Assembly: GCA_052426225.1 (NCBI GenBank)
Contig: JBNJNM010000006.1
Span: 2,852,001 to 2,916,000 of the forward strand
Source: Zancudomyces culisetae HAW-14-8
Taxonomy: Eukaryota; Fungi; Kickxellomycota
Direction: 5' to 3'
DNA length: 64,000 nt
The notes beneath the pieces were generated by a model that was given only the letters and a program-made list of their open reading frames with translations, had not been told where the DNA came from and searched no databases. Position numbers and translations under genes: made by a program. Shown one piece after another: positions 53,240-64,000 of the stretch (position 1 is its first letter; every line of letters starts with the position of its first letter).

Positions 53240-53851
53240 TTGTTTTGAATACTGCCATATCTGTTAAGACTTGAATATTTTAAGATTATTTATTTATTAC
53301 TATTATATTATTTAGAAAAATATGATATTCAATAGTGAATATGATATTTTTCTCTGAAGTTCTCTTTCGATGGATTTCGAAAGGGTTTTTATACTTTTAC
53401 TCCAGAGATTTTTCCATATAAAATTTTTTTAAGTAAAGTTGCTATCAAACTATAAATTTGACTATTAAACTTATGAGTAACTGATGTGATTAACTACTGT
53501 GAGTTTAGTGTGTCAATGATTGCGTCATTCATGAGATTCTGACAATTCTTTGAATTATTAGTTTCGAAATTCTTTCTAGGTTTCTTATTTCCTAAAATGG
53601 TCTTAGAATATTTTTAAAACTGAATTTCATCGCGAAATTCATTTTTACTAGACTTGGTTAGATTAATTATACAATTTGTACTTAGTTACATTTAATTACT
53701 TTGTACTTAGTTACATTACAGTAATTTGTACCTAGTTACATTATAGTAATTTGTATATGGTTACAATTTCATTTTGTAACCTACTTGATTTGGTCATGGA
53801 GAATTTAATAAACATGAATTTGTTTACTTTATTTTAAAACAGTTCCTAACA
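53240..53851. repeat. LTR-like repeat family I (second copy) with an internal ~26 bp tandem repeat (53672-53765)
   Basis: Shared strings with 34760-34920 (ttttctctga, atttcgaa.gggttt, aaatttgactat) and the same TTCCTAACA end; left boundary approximate. Confidence 0.55.
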
Positions 53852-54529
53852 TTCTAGGTATGATCTCCATTCTTTAAAAGCCTCAATTATGGCTAACATT
53901 TCTTTATCGTAAATTTCGTAGTTGATTTCAGCAGGTTGTAACTTTCTGGAATAATATGCTTTAGGATGAAAATTATTATTATCGTTGCGTTGTGATATAA
54001 CTCCTCCAATTGCGAAGTCTGATGCATCAGTTTCAATAGTAATTGATTTATTCGGATCAAAATATTTTATTATAGGTGCAGTTGTAAATGCTTTTTTAAA
54101 TTGATCGAAAGAGTTTTGTGCTTCAGTGCTCCAGCTCCATTTTTCATATTTTGTAACAATTTTGTTCTATGTGTCACAATCTTTATAAAATTCATTATAA
54201 ATTTCTATAGAAATTTGCAAAACCAAGGAACGTTTGAATTTCTTTTATTGAGGTTGGTGCAGGCCATGTACTTACAGCTATTGTCTTTGTTTTATCCATA
54301 CTTACCCCTTTATCGATAACAATTATCCTAAGAATTCGACTTCTGCTTTTGTCAGGAAACTAATTTATTTAAGTTGGGAAACTTAATGTTCCCAAGTTAG
54401 GATTCAAAGGTAATTAAATATGATTAAAAATAAATATTAAAACTTATGGGTAAATAATGCGATTCTGACATTATCCCCCCTTCAAAGAATATTTTAAATA
54501 TATAAAAATAATATCTTGGACAAAAATGT

Positions 54530-54796
54530 GAGCTTATAGTCGAGTGGCTAAGGCGTCGAACTTGTATTCTGCAGGACCCTGGTTCGATCCTTCGCTGTAA
54601 GACCGTAATTGGGAAGTAATTAGCTGTAGAGTGGATGTGATGTTTCACGGGGCCAATGTGCGCGATAACGTCCTTCGGGACTAGTACCGGACCGTTTCAC
54701 CTCTCCGATAACTCCTTCGGGATCTCGAGCAGTTAATTCGAATCACGTGATTGTGTGGCCCAAGACGTTAGCGCCCTCCTAAGTTCATTCTTTTTT
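54530..54796 (+). ncRNA. Putative Pol III-transcribed tRNA-derived structured RNA, antisense within A2
   Basis: A box 54537-54547, B box GGTTCGATCC 54581-54590, UUCG hairpins 54670-81 and 54713-22, T6 at 54791-96. Confidence 0.6.
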
Positions 54797-54911
54797 ATTT
54801 TTTCTTTTATAATTTTTTATGCTTTTTAGTAGTTTTTAGGTTGTTTTTATAGTTTTTTTTGATAAGTATTTAGGTATAATATTGGTTAAATAATAAAATA
54901 TAATGTTGCTC

Positions 54912-57900
54912 TTATGGTTTGTTGTGATATGTCTTATAGTATTTTTTCAATAGTTGAGGCGCGTTTATGTTTTCAATCGGCTCCCAGCTTCTTTCACTTA
55001 TATCAAAGCCTTTCCAATCAACTAAGTAATATTTTTTACCCCGTACAAGCTTAGAATCCAAAATAGCCTTAACTTCATATTCTTTATTTCCATTTATAAT
55101 TAGGGGTGGAGGAGGACTGTCTATTAATCTGCGGTTACTGCTGGGTTCGATATACGGTTCCAATAACGAGACATGAAATGTGTTATGGATTTTCATTGAT
55201 GGCGGGAGGTCTAAACGGACAGAAACAGGATTGATAATTTTAGAGATGGTGAAAGGTCCTAGAAGTCTATGGTCAAACTTTTTAGAAGGCCTTTGAGTTT
55301 TGATATTTTGGCTGGATAGCCAAACCTTGTCACCTAGTTTATACTTTGGATGTTCAGATCGGTTTACATCAGCATACTTTTTATATTCCTGAGATTTCTT
55401 GTTAAGTATGGAAGTGAGGGCTGATTGAAGTTCTTTGAGTTGTTTTATCCTATCAGAAGCGCTGGGGACGTGAACGTTTTTAGTGATTTGAGGATCAAAT
55501 CTTGGATGGTAACCATATAGAGCAAAGAAAGGAGAAGTATTAGTGCTGGAGTGGAGAGTGTTGTTATAAGCAAATTCGGCAATTGGGAGCAGTTCAAACC
55601 AATTATCTTGCTGATAGTTGATGAAACAGCGTAGATACTGTTCCAATGTTTGATTCACCCGCTCCGTTTGACCGTCTGTCTCTGGATGAAAGGCTGTAGA
55701 CATCCTAGTATCAACTTTGAGCAGTTTGAATAGTGAACTCCAAAATTTGGACGAGAATTGGGTTCCACGGTCTGAGATTATGACGTCTGGAAGTCCATGA
55801 AGCTTGAATACATGTGTGAAAAAGGCGGAGGCAGTTTCTTCTGAGGATGGCAGCTTCTTAAGCGGGATGAAATGGCTCATTTTAGTGAACCTGTCTACCA
55901 CTACCATAATAGTAGTGTGCTTGTTGGATGGAGGAAGATCAGTTATGAAATCCATGGTGATAGATTTCCATGGGCCTGAGGGAGCGGGTAGCGGAAGTAG
56001 TTTACCGTAAACTTTGTGTCTTCTGTCCTTTGATCTATTGCATGTATCACAGGTTTGAACAAACTCTTTAATAAATTTGCGCATTCCTGGAAACCAAAAC
56101 TCTCGTTCCACGAGCTCCAATGTCTTCTTAGCACCAAAATGACCGGCTGGGCCACTGTCATGTCTAGAACTTACAACTTGCGGCTTCATTTTGTCGGGGA
56201 CGACAACACGGTTTCCAAGCATTACAATCCCATCTTCAACTTCTACTGGCTCGTTAGACTTATGGCTGCTCTGGTATCTTGCGGCATCCAATAATCCTTC
56301 TAGATGGGCTTTGCTGGATTTGGCGATTTCTTGAGCAAAATCACTGTCCACTATGCTAATAATGTCTATGAAGTGGTCTTCGCCTATGATGTTGTTGTTG
56401 GCGACCTTATCAGGTGTGTGATTGGGTAAACGAGAAAGAGCGTCAGGTTTGCCTCCTTGAGATCCAGGCCTGTAGGTTATGATGAAGCTGAATCTACTGA
56501 GATCAAGTGACCACCTTGCGTGTCTTCTGTTGAGTGACTTCAGATTTTTAAAGGTCTCCAGATTCTTATGGTCAGTAAGAATCTTGAACGGGATGGAGGA
56601 GCCTTCCAGATGATGTCGCCATTCTTTGAGAGCCTTGATGATTGCCAAAAGTTCCTTGTCATAGATATTATAGTTGGATTCGGCAGTGTTGAGTTTGTAA
56701 GAGTAGTAGGCACAAGGACGGAGATCACCGTTTTCATCCTCTTGGGACAGAGCAGCCCCAATGGCGTAGTCTGAGGCGTCAGTTTCCAGAATAAACTGTT
56801 TTCCTGGGTCAGGGTATCTGAGAACGGGGGAAGTGGTGAGATCCTGGATAAGAGTATTAAAGGCTTCACCTGCCTCCTTACTCCAAACGAACGGTGTATC
56901 CTTTTTCAGAAGTCTTGTGATTGGCAGGGCTTTCAGCGAGAAGTATGGGATAAACTTTCGGTAGTAATTGGCAAAACCGAGAAACTTCTGGACCTCCTTG
57001 ACATTGGTGGGTGGTAGCCATTCCTTTACACACTTGACTTTAGCAGGATCGGTGGCTATTCCATCTGAAGACACAACATGGCCTAGAAATTCAACTTCCC
57101 TGATATGGAAGTGACATTTTTCGGCGTTACAGTACAGACCATTTTCAAGCAGCTTTTTCAGAACAGATTTCACGTGAGAGATGTGAGTGTCAGTGTCATT
57201 GGAAAATATCAAGATGTCGTCAAGGTATGCAATTGCATAGAGATCCAATACATCTCGTAACACATCATTGATAAAGTGCTGAAAGGTGGCAGGAGCATTT
57301 GTCAAGCCAAATGGCATGACCTGGTACTCAAAGTGGCCATATCTGCACCTAAATGCAGTTTTCCACTCGTCACCTTCCTTGATCCGCACCAAGTTGTAGG
57401 CACCTTTGAGATCCAATTTTGTAAAGACCTTGGCTGTACGCAGCCGATCGAACGCCTCATCAATCCTAGGTAATGGGTACCTATTCTTGATGGTAGCTTC
57501 GTTCAATCGGCGGTAGTCAACACAAAGGCGCAAGTCACCAGACTTCTTCTTTACAAACATGATTGGTGCACCAGCAGGGGAGACAGAGCGTCTGATGAAG
57601 CCATTGGTGAGGTTTTCGCGGATGTAACCTCTTAGAGACTCTAACTCTACTTCAGATAGCGGGTATATTGGCCCCCAGTATGGGGTGTAACCCTCTTTGG
57701 TGTTGACAGGACAGTCATAACGGCGGTGAGGAGGAAGTGAAACGGCAGACTTGGGATTGAACACTTCCTTGAATTCAGAGTATATTACTGGAAGTTGCGG
57801 AAATTCTTCCAAGTACTCTAGTGGGGACTCAGAAACGGCAAAAGTTACAGGATCTGGATCCAAGGAATATTCTGGCTCGGGGGTGGTGACTGGGGTATTT

Positions 57901-58871
57901 TTATGAAATGGCCGGGATCTGACGACTGGTTCTCTTGGCTCAATTTTCTTCAGGATTGCTTTGGGAAGTTCAGGTCTGAGTGGTACTTTTGGCACAGGGG
58001 TTACTGGACGACGGGGCTCAGGAATTTGCTTGACAACATGGTTATCTACTGGGTTCTCAATAGCTGCGGGTTTGGGCAAACTTTGGGTTTCAGGTTCTGG
58101 AGTGACTGATTGGACTGGTGCAGGAACAGGAACAGGAACAGGAAGAATCTCTTCAATTCTGGCGTATGGATTTGACGGAGCTGGGCTGGGGAGATCAGGA
58201 GACGGAGGCGGTGAAAATCTTTGATTTTCAGTGTTTGAATCGTCCAACTTGACCGATTCGAGCAACTTGGCACTGTGTGGAAGCAGGGTAGTTGATAATC
58301 TATTCAACACCCTTTGGAGGATAGTTGAGTTTGTGGACGTATTCTGGCTAATATTTTGTTCTACTGGATCTGGATCTGGTTCATCAGGTGACTTGAACAC
58401 GGCCTGGATGGAGTGGGTATCAACACAATTTGTACTGCAAAAGTCAGAGTCGAAGTGGATCTGGAGGTCTGGCCAAGTTATACTAGGATTGTGTTTGCGT
58501 AACCAGGGTAATCCAAAAATAATGTCAGCGTGATTGGTTGGAATCGGGATAAGGTCTAGGTATTCAGAGTGGTTAGGACCGGACTTGATATGGGCATTAT
58601 CAACCTTGACATTTATGCCCCCTGGGTATATCTGGTGACCATCAACACTTTCTAGGACGATGGTTTTTTCTGCTTCTTTGGTTGGGAGGTTTAGTTTTTC
58701 TAATAAATCTTGACGAATAAAGTTGGCTGAAGCACCGGAGTCCACTAATGCAACAAGTTCGTGTAGATTATTTAAAACAACTTTAATATGAAATTTATTA
58801 CTAGAAATATTAGAATTATTTGCTACGCTCAGGAGTAACTCCCGGACTACATCTGAGCACTGTCTTTTGGC
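54912..58871 (-). CDS. pol: Pol of A2 (PR-RT-RH-IN-chromodomain), intact, probably expressed by -1 frameshift from gag
   Basis: 1277+ aa open frame with all catalytic motifs; 5' boundary set at the inferred shift site. Confidence 0.93.
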   Translation of the reverse strand, partial: AKRQCSDVVRELLLSVANNSNISSNKFHIKVVLNNLHELVALVDSGASANFIRQDLLEKLNLPTKEAEKTIVLESVDGHQIYPGGINVKVDNAHIKSGPNHSEYLDLIPIPTNHADIIFGLPWLRKHNPSITWPDLQIHFDSDFCSTNCVDTHSIQAVFKSPDEPDPDPVEQNISQNTSTNSTILQRVLNRLSTTLLPHSAKLLESVKLDDSNTENQRFSPPPSPDLPSPAPSNPYARIEEILPVPVPVPAPVQSVTPEPETQSLPKPAAIENPVDNHVVKQIPEPRRPVTPVPKVPLRPELPKAILKKIEPREPVVRSRPFHKNTPVTTPEPEYSLDPDPVTFAVSESPLEYLEEFPQLPVIYSEFKEVFNPKSAVSLPPHRRYDCPVNTKEGYTPYWGPIYPLSEVELESLRGYIRENLTNGFIRRSVSPAGAPIMFVKKKSGDLRLCVDYRRLNEATIKNRYPLPRIDEAFDRLRTAKVFTKLDLKGAYNLVRIKEGDEWKTAFRCRYGHFEYQVMPFGLTNAPATFQHFINDVLRDVLDLYAIAYLDDILIFSNDTDTHISHVKSVLKKLLENGLYCNAEKCHFHIREVEFLGHVVSSDGIATDPAKVKCVKEWLPPTNVKEVQKFLGFANYYRKFIPYFSLKALPITRLLKKDTPFVWSKEAGEAFNTLIQDLTTSPVLRYPDPGKQFILETDASDYAIGAALSQEDENGDLRPCAYYSYKLNTAESNYNIYDKELLAIIKALKEWRHHLEGSSIPFKILTDHKNLETFKNLKSLNRRHARWSLDLSRFSFIITYRPGSQGGKPDALSRLPNHTPDKVANNNIIGEDHFIDIISIVDSDFAQEIAKSSKAHLEGLLDAARYQSSHKSNEPVEVEDGIVMLGNRVVVPDKMKPQVVSSRHDSGPAGHFGAKKTLELVEREFWFPGMRKFIKEFVQTCDTCNRSKDRRHKVYGKLLPLPAPSGPWKSITMDFITDLPPSNKHTTIMVVVDRFTKMSHFIPLKKLPSSEETASAFFTHVFKLHGLPDVIISDRGTQFSSKFWSSLFKLLKVDTRMSTAFHPETDGQTERVNQTLEQYLRCFINYQQDNWFELLPIAEFAYNNTLHSSTNTSPFFALYGYHPRFDPQITKNVHVPSASDRIKQLKELQSALTSILNKKSQEYKKYADVNRSEHPKYKLGDKVWLSSQNIKTQRPSKKFDHRLLGPFTISKIINPVSVRLDLPPSMKIHNTFHVSLLEPYIEPSSNRRLIDSPPPPLIINGNKEYEVKAILDSKLVRGKKYYLVDWKGFDISERSWEPIENINAPQLLKKYYKTYHNKP

Positions 58872-59815
58872 ACCCCAGGTATAGGGGGTCTTGGCCTGCG
58901 GAGCGGACAGTTACGGAGAATGTGGTTCGGCTGACCACAGTATAGACAAAGATTATTGGCTAATCTTCTCTGACGTTCGGCTGTATCTAGCGGTGCTCTT
59001 GGACGGGAGGTGACGGCATCAACGTCCATTGGTTCAGGAGCCTGGTAATCTGGGACAGGCATGGCTGGACGGGGGAAGACCGGTGGAGCCGGAGTACTCC
59101 AGTTGCGGAATGGGACGCTTCTCTTGGGCAGGTAGGCACTGCGGGCATTGATTCTGTTCTCAAGCTCAATCACCTGATCAATGAGCTGGTCCAAGGTGTT
59201 TGGTAGCGGTTCAGTGGCAAGGCGCTGGACAAGGCTAGTATCCAATCCGATGTAAAACAGGTGAATTTTGGCTGGCTCGTTGAATCCACTGAGAGAGGCG
59301 AGGTTTCTGAACTCGGTTGCAAATTCCAGGACGGAACGCTGGGACTGGCGACAACTATGAAGCTGGGTGATAGCTCGGGCTTGGTGGCCAGGATCTGAGA
59401 ATCTCTTTTGAAATTCATTCTCAAACCCTTTGAAATCTGAGAGCAACGGTGATTGGGTATCGATAAGGTTATCGAACCACAGGGCAGCATGACCGGCAAG
59501 GTGAGAACTGATGAACCATATCTTGTTATGGTCACTCTGGAACACGTCTGGTCTGGCCCAGAACTGGCGCTTGATCTCGGCGGTGAAGGCTCGGAACCTT
59601 CCTGATTCTCCTGAGTATTTCTGGATTTCTGGTATTCTGATACCATCAATCCTTGGCTGCGGATTTGGTGCAGGCAAATTCTGCAACTGACTGGGGACTT
59701 GAGCGGGTGTCTGGGCTTGAGCCTGGGCTTGAGCTTGACTATCTTGCAAAGCTTGTTGCATAGCTAATTTTGCGATCTCATCTAATTGGTGGACCATCAT
59801 TAACTCTTCAACCAA
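58847..59815 (-). CDS. gag: Gag of A2
   Basis: Differs from A1 Gag by one residue (H/Y). Confidence 0.93.
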   Translation of the reverse strand: MVEELMMVHQLDEIAKLAMQQALQDSQAQAQAQAQTPAQVPSQLQNLPAPNPQPRIDGIRIPEIQKYSGESGRFRAFTAEIKRQFWARPDVFQSDHNKIWFISSHLAGHAALWFDNLIDTQSPLLSDFKGFENEFQKRFSDPGHQARAITQLHSCRQSQRSVLEFATEFRNLASLSGFNEPAKIHLFYIGLDTSLVQRLATEPLPNTLDQLIDQVIELENRINARSAYLPKRSVPFRNWSTPAPPVFPRPAMPVPDYQAPEPMDVDAVTSRPRAPLDTAERQRRLANNLCLYCGQPNHILRNCPLRRPRPPIPGVPKDSAQM

Positions 59816-62443
59816 TAATTAGAAGTTTCCCAAAATGTCAGGAAACTAATTTATTTAAGTTGGGAAACTTAATGTTCCCAAGTTAGGATTCAAAGGTAAT
59901 TAAATATGATTAAAAATAAATATTAAAACTTATGGGTAAATAATGCGATTCTGACAGCTTTGTGAAATCGACATTTTTCCAGTTTAGCATAAAGTGAATT
60001 ATTCCGGGGTCTTCTTAATATTTCTTTTACATGCTCAATATGGTCTTCTAATATTGTACTATAAACCAGTATATCATCTAAATATACTACTGCAAAACTA
60101 TCTAAGCAGTCTGATAATACATCATTCATGAAACATTGAAACGATGCTGGAGCATTGCAGAATCCGAATGGCATAACTCTATATTTAGAGTGACCGTATC
60201 TCGTACGGAATGCAGTATTCATTCTTCTCCCTTAGCGATTCTTATTAAATTATAAGCGCCTCTTAAATCGATTTTTTAAAATATTTTCGCTTGTCTGAAT
60301 CTGTCGAGTAACTATCCTATTAAAGTTAAAGATACCTGATTTAATTGACAAATATTTAATCCTCTATAATCAACGCATTTTCTTAAAGATCCAACTTTCT
60401 TTTTTACAAAAAGTATAGGAGAGCCAGCTGGAGATGATGAAGGATGAATAAAACCTTTATCTAAATATACTTTCAAATAATCACAAAGTGCTGCAAGTTC
60501 TGTTTCAGATAGTGATTAAATTGGTACAATGGTGGTTGTGAGCCTGGTGTTAACGGAATTTTATGATCATATGTACGATGAGGTGGTAAATTATTAGCTG
60601 CTTTTTCGTCGAATACAATATAAATTCAGAATATTGCGATGGTATAATAGTTATTTCTGATATTTCTGATATTAATGTGCAAGTTATTGTGTGTGTAGAA
60701 CATTGATTTTGTTGTTTACTACAATTATTTTGGCAATATTCTGATATGAAATACAACTTATCTAAATTCCCCTATGTGTATTTTATGGGTTCTCAGCCAG
60801 TTTATTCCAATAATTACAGGGTATTTTCCCAATTTGGTTAAATCAAATGATATAGTTTTGTGATGATTATAAGTGTTATGTTGAATAGGTATTGTATTGT
60901 GTGTTATGGAGTCTGACGAAATTAATCTTCCGTCAATTACTAGTAGCGGAATTGGTAATTTTTTTAATACTAATGGTATGTTATTAGTCTTGGCAAAAGT
61001 AGAATCAATGAAGCAATTAGTTGCACCCGAATCAATCATGGCAACGGTTTATATCGGGGTATTGTTTACCCGAAGGGTTACTGATACTATAAGGTGCGCG
61101 TTAACTTTATTTGTTGACATATTTAAATGTTCCAGGTCAAGATTCTTATTAATTGTGGAATTAATTTTTAAGTTGCAGTCAGGTATAGATTCAGGCTTGA
61201 GTTCAGGCTTAAGTTCAGGTTTTGAGTGTAGTACGGGTTTAGTTTTAATTATAAGTTCAGATTTGATTTCAGGTTTAAGTTCAGTATTAAGTTCAGGTTT
61301 GACTTCAGATTTGGTTTCATGTATATTTTCAGAGTTATAGTTGGATTAGTAGAATGTATCTTTTACATTTAATTCAAGTGTTAGATTGGTTATTTCAGTA
61401 GTGTATATTTTATTGTATATTGTAAAGGTAGATTTACTTCAGATTAATATAAACTTCCGGATGTTTCATTAGCGGCAATAATTAAAAGGTATATATTTTT
61501 GGTTGAAGTGGACGGTTTAGGATAATTAGATACGCTCAAGACTACGTCCGAAAATTGTCTTGAGCTTAATTGTTTTCCTTAATAATACTTGCAGATATAG
61601 TATTTGGTACCTTTATTTGCGGGCGACGAGGACAAGATGAAATGACATGATCTGGATTACCACAGTATAGACAAAGATTAAGGTCGCGGCGGCGTTGTTT
61701 TTCAGTCTGAGTGAGTGGTGGGCGACGAGATGAAGCTATGTCAATTTCCATTTGTTGCACCCGAGGCTGTGTTATGTTTATTAAATTGTTGATTGATGGT
61801 GTAGAGTTATCCAAATTTTGCATGTGCATTGGGCGAGGGCAAAACGTTTTTTCAAGGTTTCTATCAAATAGTCTATTGTCAATTTTTATGGCGAGGTCAA
61901 TAAATTCTGAAAAGTTGTCAGGTCTATCTAAACGGGCTAATAAATCCTTAATGTCTTTTTTAAGTCATTCATAAAATTGGCTACAGAGTGCTGCGTCATG
62001 CCAGGAAATAAGTGTGGAAATACGACAAAATTCTGTAGCATAAGTGGCTGCGGATCCCAACTGGTGAAGTTTTCTGAGTTGACGTTCAGCTGTCAAAGAT
62101 TGGTGTGGATTTCCGAAAACAGATAAAGTTCGTTTATGAAAATGTCAAAATTTTCCAGGATTGGTTCATGATCATTAGATTCTAGTAACGGTTGTAACCA
62201 CGAGAAAGCAGGTCCACGAAGGAAAGTAGAAGCAAAAATGACTTTCTGAGTATCTGTTGAAGATCTTGAGGGTTGAGCTTGTATGACTAATTGGACTTGT
62301 GCTACAAAGATTCTTTGTTGGTATCTATTGCCACTAAAGTATTCAGGATCTGCTACTCTTGGTGCTCTAGCCACTGGTAACACGTTTGCTTGATTATTTC
62401 TTAACATATTTAAGCGGAGCTGAAGATCGTCTAATTGGGTTGC

Positions 62444-62834
62444 TGTCATGATCCATTCATGACATTATTGCTATAATTATTATGTTATTAAAAATTGCAA
62501 ATGTTAATTTTATTAACGTTTTCTCCGCTTTAATTCTAACTCATAAATTATTAATTATGGAGTAAGAATTAATAATTATTATTAATTTGGTTTTACCCCA
62601 TATTATTAAATGTTAACTGTGGAGTTGACAGTTAATATTATTTAGTTTAAGTTATAGTTTAATTATAGTTTTTATTATGATTTCAATTAATTTTGTAAAT
62701 TGTAAAACAATATAAGGAAAATGATTTATTGCTTTAATAAACTTTAGCAATAAAATATTTTTCATCTCTTAGTATTTTATTTAATAAATATAGCCATAGT
62801 TAATACAAATAGTACTTAGTGTCAAGTCGTGACA
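62444..62834. repeat. Solo LTR family F inserted into gag of element D
   Basis: TSD GTTGC on both sides; D gag reads through when it is removed (...ELHRMATQLDD). Confidence 0.92.
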
Positions 62835-63285
62835 GTTGCCATCCTATGTAATTCATTAATATGACTTACAGTCATTGTTACTAGTGCATTAAGGTCTTCG
62901 TAATTATTCTCTGACATGATAGTAGTAGTTAATATGTATTGATCTGACAAACTGTCATGAACTTGTTTATTTTGGTGTAATTTGGTGATTATTAATTACT
63001 ACTATAAAATATATTTATTGTTGACAATTGTTGTCAGATAAGTTTTTCTGAAGGAATAAAGAATGCTATTTAAACTTTTTGTTTGTAATATATAAATTTA
63101 AATTAATGACTAAAATGTTGCATAAATAGAAAGTAGTTAAAATTAAAGAACTATTTAAAGTAAAGTTGTGTTTTGTGCTAGATTCAATATTAAACATGTT
63201 TAAAATCATATTTCTGATTCATCCAAATCATGTTTGATAATGTTTGTTGATTTAAATTGAAACTGTTAAATATTAGTTTATGACA

Positions 63286-64000
63286 GTATTCCCTCTCTTA
63301 GTGTCGATCTCTGAGCGACATTGGTTTATTCGGGTTTTCATTATGGTACATTTCCACAAGTTCTTTTGTATTTGTTAGATGTTCGGCTGGTTACCAAGTT
63401 CTTTCGCTTGCGTCGTACCCTTTCCAGTCCACTAGATATTGTAGTTTATCCTATTTAATACGACTGTCTAATATTTGTTCGACTTCGTATTCTGATATTC
63501 CATCAACTAGTACCGGTAATGGAGCTTCCTGAATTTGGCCTTCAATATTGTTGTTAGTTACTGGTTCTAGAATAGAAACGTGAAAGACAGGATGTACTTT
63601 CATAGTCGTAGGAAGTTGAAGTTTGTATGCTACTTTGCTTAATTTTATAACTATTGTGAATGGACCTAATTTAGTATAATCTAGTTTGTTATTTGGTCTG
63701 TTAGTTAAATATATTTTCTATTTAACCACACTTTTGATCCTATATTAAACTCGCGTTCTGCTTGTTTGTTTTTAGTATATGCTTTAGCATATCTTTCATT
63801 TGTATTTTTAATATTATTTATAAGTTCCTTGTAAATTTGTAACATTTTCTGAGTTAAATCTGTGATTATGGGCGAGTTACTGGGTGGAGTCAAAATATTT
63901 GATCGAAATATTGAAGGATGATATCCAGTATTAGCGTAGAATGGTGAAAATATTGTAGTTGAGTGTTGTGAGTTATTATATGCAAATTCTGCAAGTGCTA
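63286..64000 (-). pseudogene. 3' end of a further gypsy pol (integrase C-terminus, GPF, chromodomain, PPT) running into LTR 62953-63285
   Basis: AEFAYNNS, KLDYTKLGPF, EYEVEQILD...YLVDWKGY; PPT AAGAGAGGGAATAC abuts the LTR at 63285. Confidence 0.88.

Larger units (their letters stand above)
54350..59956 (-). mobile_element. Family A copy 2 (A2), apparently fully intact
   Basis: Identical 121 bp LTRs (54350-54470; 59836-59956), TSD GCTTT, uninterrupted gag and pol. Confidence 0.97.
53852..63285 (-). mobile_element. Degenerate gypsy family D (LTR 62953-63285, gag from 62917, PR, RT, RH start), interrupted by solo LTR F and by A2, truncated at 53852
   Basis: gag (QMEID, CLYCGNPDHVISSC), MIDSGA, VYLDDIL; RH TDASDFAIG at ~54020; reading continues across both insertions. 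Confidence 0.88.

Noticed and set aside
54530-54603. Functional tRNA gene (Thr-TGT or Tyr-GTA) or suppressor tRNA
   Set aside because: Anticodon stem (TCGAA/TCTGC), T stem (CCTGG/CTTCG) and local acceptor stem do not pair in cloverleaf register; only the promoter boxes are intact.
54690-54737. 5S rRNA-derived segment (ACCGTTTC..TCCGAT.AACT..AGTTAA)
   Set aside because: Short gapped resemblance only, no C box; needs an Infernal search.

Overview
AT-rich eukaryotic, almost certainly fungal, DNA; an early-diverging lineage such as Harpellales is my inference only. One probable host gene (fungal-type transcription factor domain, 3708-5831, minus) is followed by a ~56 kb nested cluster of transposons. 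The cluster holds four young chromodomain-bearing Ty3/gypsy (Tf1/sushi-like) LTR retrotransposons: two near-identical family A copies in inverted orientation (13192-18790 and 54350-59956), family B (13074-23213, with A1 inserted in its 5' LTR) and family C (38728-44392). It also holds several older degenerate gypsy elements, solo LTRs with TSDs, and two full-length DD34E Tc1 elements. Family letters are my own labels. The most unusual signal is in family A. Between the pol stop and the PPT it carries an antisense ~265 nt GC-rich cassette with tRNA-type A and B boxes, two cUUCGg hairpins, a 7 bp terminal stem and an oligo-T terminator, which looks like a retrotransposon-encoded Pol III structured RNA. 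Family C has a partly similar island at the same position. Also seen: Tf1-type self-priming sites in three families, a putative half-tRNA-Ile PBS in one gypsy element, and conserved -1 frameshift signals.
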